A DNA stretch of 41,376 bases, taken from a virus (Duplodnaviria; Caudoviricetes). The notes under the pieces were generated by a model that made no database searches, was not told the origin of the DNA, and saw only the letters and a program-made list of their open reading frames with translations. The first letter of the stretch is position 1. Every line of letters begins with the position of its first letter. Positions 36,066-41,376 of this stretch are shown here, piece after piece. The stretch lies in the IMG/VR virus record IMGVR_UViG_3300012890_000079, positions 1-41,376 of that record; one strand, 5' to 3'. A program made the position numbers and the translations under genes.

Positions 36066-36344
36066 TTAGGCAGCGGCCCGCAGGCGGGTGATAGTGGGGT
36101 AAGCTTTTTCGAAGGCTAGCTTTTCGCGCTCTCGAATGATGAGGATGGCGCGTAGGGCCTTCAGACTCCGGGCATGCTGCTCCGCATCACCCGCCGCTAG
36201 CTCCTGCTCGTAGGCCCGGCGCTCGGCCGGGCGCAGCAGCTCGTGCTGGGTGAGGTTGGCTAGCTCCGTCTTGGCTGGCAATTCGCGGCGGTACTTGCTG
36301 GCCCAGCGGCGATTTTCCAAGTTTTCGAGGTCGGTGCGGGCCAT
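36066..36344 (-). CDS. Hypothetical early protein
   Basis: TGATG coupling to the upstream gene. Confidence 0.65.
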   Translation of the reverse strand: MARTDLENLENRRWASKYRRELPAKTELANLTQHELLRPAERRAYEQELAAGDAEQHARSLKALRAILIIREREKLAFEKAYPTITRLRAAA

Positions 36345-36535
36345 CAGGTGCGGCCGTGCCGGATTTTGGCGCACTCCACGGCGGCGTGGTCGCGGCGGTA
36401 AGTGGCTTTCTCAATGGCCTGCTTATCGTCGCCGCGCTCGGCTAGCATCAGGTTGTGCTCCCAGCGGGCGAGTTGGCCCTCGGCCTCGTCGAGGGTGCGG
36501 GCGGGTAGCCAGGTGACGGGGTTTAACATGGTCAC
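36344..36535 (-). CDS. Hypothetical early protein
   Basis: 63 aa; GTGA coupling. Confidence 0.6.
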   Translation of the reverse strand: MTMLNPVTWLPARTLDEAEGQLARWEHNLMLAERGDDKQAIEKATYRRDHAAVECAKIRHGRT

Positions 36536-36714
36536 TTACTGGCTAGGATGGCGTCGATGGCCGTGAGGTTGATGCAGTTGGGCACCGAGCGCGTGGCCAT
36601 CGAGCGGATGAGTGCCAGCTTGGCTTCCGCCATTTCCGCCCGGGCCAGTAGCTCCTGGTGCGTGGCGGGTGGGGTGACGAGCATTGCCACGTGGTAGGGG
36701 GCCTGGTCTTCCAT
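36532..36714 (-). CDS. Hypothetical early protein
   Basis: 60 aa; first gene after the promoter at 36752. Confidence 0.6.
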   Translation of the reverse strand: MEDQAPYHVAMLVTPPATHQELLARAEMAEAKLALIRSMATRSVPNCINLTAIDAILASK

Positions 36715-36751
36715 CTGTGAATGGGTTGGGAATGAGGGGTGAAGTGTTTAG

Positions 36752-36759
36752 CAAATTTA
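36752..36759 (-). promoter_or_regulatory. -7 element of the early lytic promoter
   Basis: TAAATTTG; adjacent AGTTTACAACAATT resembles AGTTCACAACAATT at ~37162 (operator candidates). Confidence 0.65.
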
Positions 36760-36823
36760 TGATAGTTTACAACAATTAGCAATAAAATGTTGTAAGTTCA
36801 CAAACAAAAGGCCAAAAAAAGGC

Positions 36824-37081
36824 CTATCTCGCTTCTGCCAGCTTCTCATCAGGCATGTATTCATTGTACCAATACTCCAAAACTTGCCAGTTAACAGCAC
36901 CACGTTGTTTAACAACACGGATATGGTCACGACTCAGAGAAGGAAACTTTCGAGCGGTTGGGCCAGAAAAGTACTTATCCATTTTGGGAACAACCACATC
37001 CAGAGCGCTTTGAAAGCGCTTTTTTTGGTCGCTATAACTTTCGCCAGGAAGGCGACCGAAAACAACTTTTTCGCTTTTCAT
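36824..37081 (-). CDS. Cro-position small protein
   Basis: 85 aa divergent from the repressor; no clear family motif. Confidence 0.6.
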   Translation of the reverse strand: MKSEKVVFGRLPGESYSDQKKRFQSALDVVVPKMDKYFSGPTARKFPSLSRDHIRVVKQRGAVNWQVLEYWYNEYMPDEKLAEAR

Positions 37082-37206
37082 TGTGAGTTTGCTACTATTG
37101 GTGTATGTTTGCGTACAACATCACAGGGCTTAAGCCTGTGCTGGGGCTGTAAATATACGAAAGTTCACAACAATTTGCGTACACTTTCATAAATAATTCG
37201 CAAAAA
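37082..37206. promoter_or_regulatory. Immunity switch region
   Basis: + strand TATGTTTG at 37104-37111; - strand TATATTTA at 37150-37157; palindrome at 37122-37140; TTTGCGTACA twice. Confidence 0.6.
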
Positions 37207-37671
37207 ATGGATAATATTGAAAACAGGCTATTGGCTTTTCGTGAAAGCACTGGCCTACACAAAAAGGCATTTTCTGATAAAACCGGTTTAGACCCTGGCC
37301 TTTATGGTCGATATGAGGGCGGCGTGAATAAGCCCTCATTTGAGACGCTTGAGAAGATTGCTAATACATTCCCAAAGCTTAGTCTTAATTGGCTGCTAAC
37401 TGGCCGAGGAGATATGCTCATTGGCTCGGTAAAACAATCTGCTAATGAGTCTCTGCCAACGCCTGGGTTGATATCTGGCCCCGCCACGGTAGCTGAGGCC
37501 GAAAATGTACTGTTGCGTCAGCAGCTAGCAGATAAAGACAAGCTCATTGACCGGCTGTGGAATATGATTCCGCAGAAACTGGGAAAGTTGATGAGTAGCT
37601 CCGATGCAGCCCGCACTTGGTTCCCGCCGCTCGCCCCCTCGGGCGGGCTGGCAGTGAGCTACGGCGGCTGA
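37207..37671 (+). CDS. XRE-family HTH prophage repressor (CI-like, no S24 peptidase domain)
   Basis: RLLAFRESTGL...YGRYEGGVNKPSFETLEKIA...LNWLLTGRGDM. Confidence 0.9.
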   Translation: MDNIENRLLAFRESTGLHKKAFSDKTGLDPGLYGRYEGGVNKPSFETLEKIANTFPKLSLNWLLTGRGDMLIGSVKQSANESLPTPGLISGPATVAEAENVLLRQQLADKDKLIDRLWNMIPQKLGKLMSSSDAARTWFPPLAPSGGLAVSYGG

Positions 37672-37697
37672 GCTACTCTATTTTTTTCACCCCAAAG

Positions 37698-37717
37698 GGC
37701 GACCATAAAGGCGACAT
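37698..37717 (+). repeat. Arm-type integrase site candidate (prophage side)
   Basis: GGCGAC repeated at a 12-bp period. Confidence 0.4.
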
Positions 37718-37758
37718 ACCGCCTGCCCGCCGGGCGAAAAGCTGCAAAAACACATCGC

Positions 37759-37791
37759 TAGGGTAACAGACTCCTACCCTAACGAGACCAC
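37759..37791 (+). other. Candidate att site: tRNA 3'-end remnant
   Basis: CCTAA-CGAGACC-A-C fits T-stem 3' strand, acceptor strand and discriminator; overlaps the inverted repeat TAGGGTA-N9-TACCCTA. Confidence 0.55.
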
Positions 37792-37826
37792 AAAAAAGGC
37801 CCTCACGATAGCGTGAGGGCCTTTTT
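37792..37826. terminator. Bidirectional intrinsic terminator
   Basis: AAAAAA-GGCCCTCACG-ATAG-CGTGAGGGCC-TTTTT. Confidence 0.9.
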
Positions 37827-37835
37827 CATTTATAA

Positions 37836-37857
37836 GGGTGCCAGTTTGGGTGCCAGT
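37836..37857 (+). repeat. Arm-type site candidate of a second element
   Basis: GGGTGCCAGT-TT-GGGTGCCAGT. Confidence 0.5.
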
Positions 37858-37865
37858 CCTATCTA

Positions 37866-38528
37866 CTACTTTGCAAGCCGGTTCAGCAAAAATCCAAATA
37901 GGGCTGCAACTCCGAGGCACAGGAGCACTATTCCAAAAATGCCCCAACCAGAAATTCCTTCGTCTTTGTCAGCTAATTCAGTGGCGCCGATATCGCTCGC
38001 CGGAGTGTGACGGATGGCTCCAGCTTCACTATACTGCTGGCTTTGGTGGCCGCTGTTGAGAGCCTGGTTCAGCAAAATGACCTCAGTGGCACTTAGGCCG
38101 CCCCCGCCCCCACTGCTATTGTGGTAGTGGTGCACCTCAGCCGGGCTCGACACCGGTGTCGATGGCCGGGCGCTGCGCGTGAGCGGGTAGCTGTAGGTGC
38201 GCGGGGCTGACGTGGCGGCCGGCCGCGTGCTGATGCTCGGCGAGCTGGCGCGGCTGAAGGTGTAGGTGCGCGACGGCGTAGGCGAGAACGAGCGGTAGGT
38301 GGGTGTGCTCCGGAAGCTCGTCGACACGCGCGGGGCGCTGAAGCTGGCGCGGGGCGTGGGGCCAGTGAACGGGCTGGCCAGCGCAGCTACCGAGTCGATA
38401 GTAATATTCACGGTACGGGCCACCGGCGGCTCCAGGCCGGTCACTGGGCGCGGGTGGCTGTGGGCTTCAGCGCTGGTGGTGGCCAGCAAGGCGCCCATCG
38501 AGAGGGCAAGCAGTGCAAAAACTTTCAT
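37866..38528 (-). CDS. Exported Ser/Thr/Pro/Arg-rich protein with C-terminal TM
   Basis: Signal peptide MKVFALLALSMG...; low-complexity middle; GWGIFGIVLLCLG. Confidence 0.75.
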   Translation of the reverse strand: MKVFALLALSMGALLATTSAEAHSHPRPVTGLEPPVARTVNITIDSVAALASPFTGPTPRASFSAPRVSTSFRSTPTYRSFSPTPSRTYTFSRASSPSISTRPAATSAPRTYSYPLTRSARPSTPVSSPAEVHHYHNSSGGGGGLSATEVILLNQALNSGHQSQQYSEAGAIRHTPASDIGATELADKDEGISGWGIFGIVLLCLGVAALFGFLLNRLAK

Positions 38529-38610
38529 GAGGTTGGGGTTGGTGAAAACTTTGGTCCTTGAATGGGACTCAAAGGTTCGCGGTCGCCCACGCCTCAAAAA
38601 GGACAGCGTT

Positions 38611-39186
38611 TTAGCCCACGTACTTAGCCACGGTACTGGCCGAGATGCCCATCGCCTTGCCGATGGCGTAGTTCGACATGCCCCCGCCCTTCAGCCGGCG
38701 AATCTGCTCGATTTGCTCCTGGCTCTTACCAGGTGTGCCGAGCTTGACGCCGGCGGCCTTCTTCTTGGCCAGCGCCGCCTTGGTGTTTTCGGAAATCTTA
38801 ATCAAATCCTGAGCCGCAATGGTGGCCAGCATCGACACTATCACGTCGCCGAAGGGGCCGAGGCTGTCGAGGTAGGGTTCGGTGAATGATTTATAATTCA
38901 CACCATGGTCTTTCAGCTCCTTCAGGTAGCGGAGCGTGGCCAGGGCACCCTCTCGGCTGAAGCGGTCGAGGCGCCAGAACACGACCAGGTCAAACTTCTT
39001 CTGGTAGGCCTCGAGCAGCAGGGCCTTGAATTCCGCGCGGTCGGCCTTGCTGCCCGACTCCTGGTCGGTAAATACTTTATAGATGGTGCCGTGACGCTCG
39101 GCAAACTCGCGGAGCTGGTGGAGCTGATTGTCGGTATCCTGGCCCTTATCCTTCGTCGACACCCGGGCGTAAATAGCTACTCTCAC
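38611..39186 (-). CDS. Small serine recombinase (resolvase/invertase)
   Basis: YARVST...SG...RLDRFSR; C-terminal HTH. Confidence 0.95.
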   Translation of the reverse strand: MRVAIYARVSTKDKGQDTDNQLHQLREFAERHGTIYKVFTDQESGSKADRAEFKALLLEAYQKKFDLVVFWRLDRFSREGALATLRYLKELKDHGVNYKSFTEPYLDSLGPFGDVIVSMLATIAAQDLIKISENTKAALAKKKAAGVKLGTPGKSQEQIEQIRRLKGGGMSNYAIGKAMGISASTVAKYVG

Positions 39187-39536
39187 TCGGCTCTACTTTT
39201 TTTTAACATCCCAACCGCAGTACTGCATTTCTATTGATAATGGCTCAACGATTATCTCTGAAAAGTTCTCGCGATAGCTGGCCCGTAGCTTTGCAAATAG
39301 CTCAGGACTGTTGGCTCGGAAGAACCATTGCGAGAATGATTCCTTCCGCGGCTCAGGGTTTCCGTTAGGCTGTGCGCACAGCCATTCACTATAATTTTGA
39401 GCAGGTGGCCAGAGGAACGAGGCTGCCCATTCGTAAAAGCAAGTGCGCCCCGTGCGCAGCACGTGTCCTGGCGCGGCGCAAACCAGACCCGTCCGAATAT
39501 TTCTCATACCCGAAAATACCATCCAAAAAAGGGTAT

Positions 39537-39674
39537 CGAAAAACACCCCCAAAAACCTGCGTTCTTGGGGGTGTTTTCGTGCTTCGTGTAATAGTCCAGA
39601 AAACGGTCGTATTCTGGATGAATTTTCCAGACGCGAAAACAGCCCGGAAACGCAGGTTTTCCGGGCTGTTTTCG
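39537..39674. repeat. Cluster of palindromes, res-site-like
   Basis: Inverted repeats at 39537-39579, 39595-39618 and 39634-39674 upstream of the resolvase. Confidence 0.6.
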
Positions 39675-39690
39675 TGCACCGTTTTTTGGA

Positions 39691-40194
39691 CTAGTTACCA
39701 GGGCCTGCTTTGCTCCGGATAGCTGAGTTATACTGCACCTGCTTGTACTCGTCGGTGCGGACCTGGGCCGCCCGCAGGTCAAGGCACACTTGTAGTTCGC
39801 GCTGCCACTGCTTCACGTCGCCCAGTTGCTGCACCATCGCCAGGTTGGCGTCGAGCACATGGGCCATGACGGCGTAGAACTTCTCGCCATCGGTCGCGGG
39901 CGAGGCGGCGGCCACCGGCAGCGTGGCGCCGGAACTGGCCGAGGTGTAGCCGCCATCGGCAAAGCCCCGCCAGCGCCGGCGCCGGGCCTCCAGCCACTGC
40001 GCCACGGTTGCTACCTGCGGGTCTTGCAGTTGCCACTTCGGAATCACGTACTCGTTCTCGTGCACCACGCCGGCCACGGCAAAGCCTGAGCCGTCGGTGA
40101 GCTTGCCATCATGCTCCTGCGACTGCACCAGGCCGTTGACTTCAGCCCGCGTATCGGTAATACGCTGGCGCATTTGCTGGAGCTGACCTATCAA
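39691..40194 (-). pseudogene. C-terminal fragment of a tape measure protein from another phage
   Basis: VAGVVHENEYVIP...FADGGYT motifs; no upstream body. Confidence 0.6.
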
Positions 40195-40339
40195 CTCCGC
40201 GCGCCACCTACTTTCTTGCAGGTGCGTTGTCGTGTCGTGTCACAAACTCACGCTGTTTGTCCCATTTGACATATTCGGACTTGGACCCAGTAAATTTGAA
40301 GCTATTGCCTAATGGACTTGAAATAAGCATAATGCACAA

Positions 40340-40780
40340 GTGCAAATACCATACGGTAGGTTTACCCTTGCCAGATATAAAAAGATGGAATTAGAATTGC
40401 CAGAGGAAATTATCACCGAGACAAAGCAAGAGAGGTCAATAATTAGCCGCGCAGTGCTTGAGGCACTTCTTCTAGGGCCAGTAGGGGCAATTGTAGGTGG
40501 AATGACTGGCCTGAAGGATGGAGAAAAAACAGAATCTGATAAATCGCTCTTAACGGTTCAGGTTGAGCAGAATGGCCAGGAGAGCTTTTCTATAGCTGCC
40601 GTACCAAAGAGCAGGCGTGACTTAGCTAAGGCTTTTCTTCAAATAATATGTTATAATTCATGTATTAAGTACTATGGCGAAGCAACTACCACCGCCTATT
40701 CTTCTCGCGCAGTATCACGAACTGGGAGACCTTCACGAGAAGGTACATCACTCTTCACCTGGCCGAGAAGGAATCGTTGA
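40340..40780 (+). CDS. Hypothetical protein with glycine-zipper-like segment, possibly degraded
   Basis: RSIISRAVLEALLLGPVGAIVGGMTG. Confidence 0.5.
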   Translation: MQIPYGRFTLARYKKMELELPEEIITETKQERSIISRAVLEALLLGPVGAIVGGMTGLKDGEKTESDKSLLTVQVEQNGQESFSIAAVPKSRRDLAKAFLQIICYNSCIKYYGEATTTAYSSRAVSRTGRPSREGTSLFTWPRRNR

Positions 40781-40874
40781 AGCGATTGAGGTAGCGAAGC
40801 GTCGAGATGCTGAAAGGCTGGCCGGAAGAGCACTTACTGCTAAAAATCAAGGAAGTCAGAGACTTATGGCCTGA
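40674..40874 (+). CDS. Hypothetical protein
   Basis: 66-aa ORF, weak support. Confidence 0.3.
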   Translation: MAKQLPPPILLAQYHELGDLHEKVHHSSPGREGIVEAIEVAKRRDAERLAGRALTAKNQGSQRLMA

Positions 40875-41088
40875 CCGCAAGCCGCTCATTCAGCTATTCA
40901 AACAGGTAATAAAATAGTCTAGTACGTACATTGACACCTATTTTATTGAATATTTTCAGCAATGGAACAATCCGAGGCTAGCTGTTTTCGGAGGGCTTTA
41001 CTATTTCAGAAAGAAACAAAAAACCACTAAAAATACTTCTGGCACTGCCTAATCACCTGTTAGCTGCACCTCGACGCACTAACCGCTG

Positions 41089-41376
41089 ATGATACTGCGC
41101 CCATTCATCTTATGGATTAAAAAGCATACACCACAAGCCAGTATCGACCAGCGCTGGCTACGCTTACTCACTCGCATGCGCTTTTGGCCAAAGGGTACCC
41201 CTGCGCTAACTAAAATCAAGCAAACAGCCATTTTTTTAGCGGCGCTGGCCATCTGTTGCCTCACGTTCTTCTATCTCTACTACCTCGCTATCGAACTCCT
41301 TTTTCCCATTAAACAGCCTAGCGGCCACTCCTTTTATACCCCAGCCCTTAGCGTTTTAACCATAAGCTTCTGCTAG
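41089..41376 (+). CDS. Hypothetical membrane protein
   Basis: 95 aa with one hydrophobic segment. Confidence 0.35.
   Translation: MILRPFILWIKKHTPQASIDQRWLRLLTRMRFWPKGTPALTKIKQTAIFLAALAICCLTFFYLYYLAIELLFPIKQPSGHSFYTPALSVLTISFC

Larger units (their letters stand above)
1..37791. mobile_element. Temperate siphovirus prophage (HK97-type head); left end and integrase lie outside the window
   Basis: Canonical order of repressor, replication, terminase, portal, protease, capsid, connector, tail and lysis genes; candidate att at ~37780. Confidence 0.95.

Noticed and set aside
1-37671. Alternative genetic code implied by the suppressor tRNA
   Set aside because: Core genes are full length in code 11. 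In-frame TAA/TAG gene junctions (e.g. 13450/13449, 30554/30547, 3798/3770) occur at roughly the one-in-three rate expected by chance
38611-39186. Serine recombinase as the prophage integrase
   Set aside because: It is a small resolvase type without the large C-terminal recombinase domain and lies outside the candidate att
39193-39782. Several overlapping short ORFs
   Set aside because: They run across palindromic res-like DNA and have no recognisable motifs

Overview
Positions 1 to ~37790 are most of a temperate HK97-type siphovirus prophage, encoded almost entirely on the minus strand. High GC, TAnnTTTG promoters and the lack of Shine-Dalgarno sites point to a Bacteroidota host, possibly Hymenobacter-like (inference). 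Read right to left: a candidate att site (tRNA 3'-end remnant plus terminator, ~37780), a CI/Cro-like switch, early genes (single-strand annealing protein, ParB-domain protein, DEDDh exonuclease, replication initiator with iterons, DnaB), terminase/head/tail genes, and a lysis region running off the left edge. No integrase is in the window. Right of the att site is a separate remnant with a serine resolvase, palindromic res-like sites and a tape-measure fragment. Main unusual features: (1) three related HNH endonuclease cassettes each sit inside a phage gene and carry at their distal end a diverged copy of the sequence they interrupted; in two cases this is a full replacement N-terminus that rebuilds the gene, leaving the old head stranded upstream; (2) a class II tRNA with a UUA (ochre stop-reading) anticodon and a G3:U70 pair; (3) a 68-nt tRNA-like RNA with a non-canonical anticodon loop; (4) a repeated late-promoter-like motif that shares a half-site with the origin iterons; (5) a lambda-type G-GGA-AAG slippery site plus stem in the repressor 3' end. 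All calls are from reading the sequence; no searches were run.
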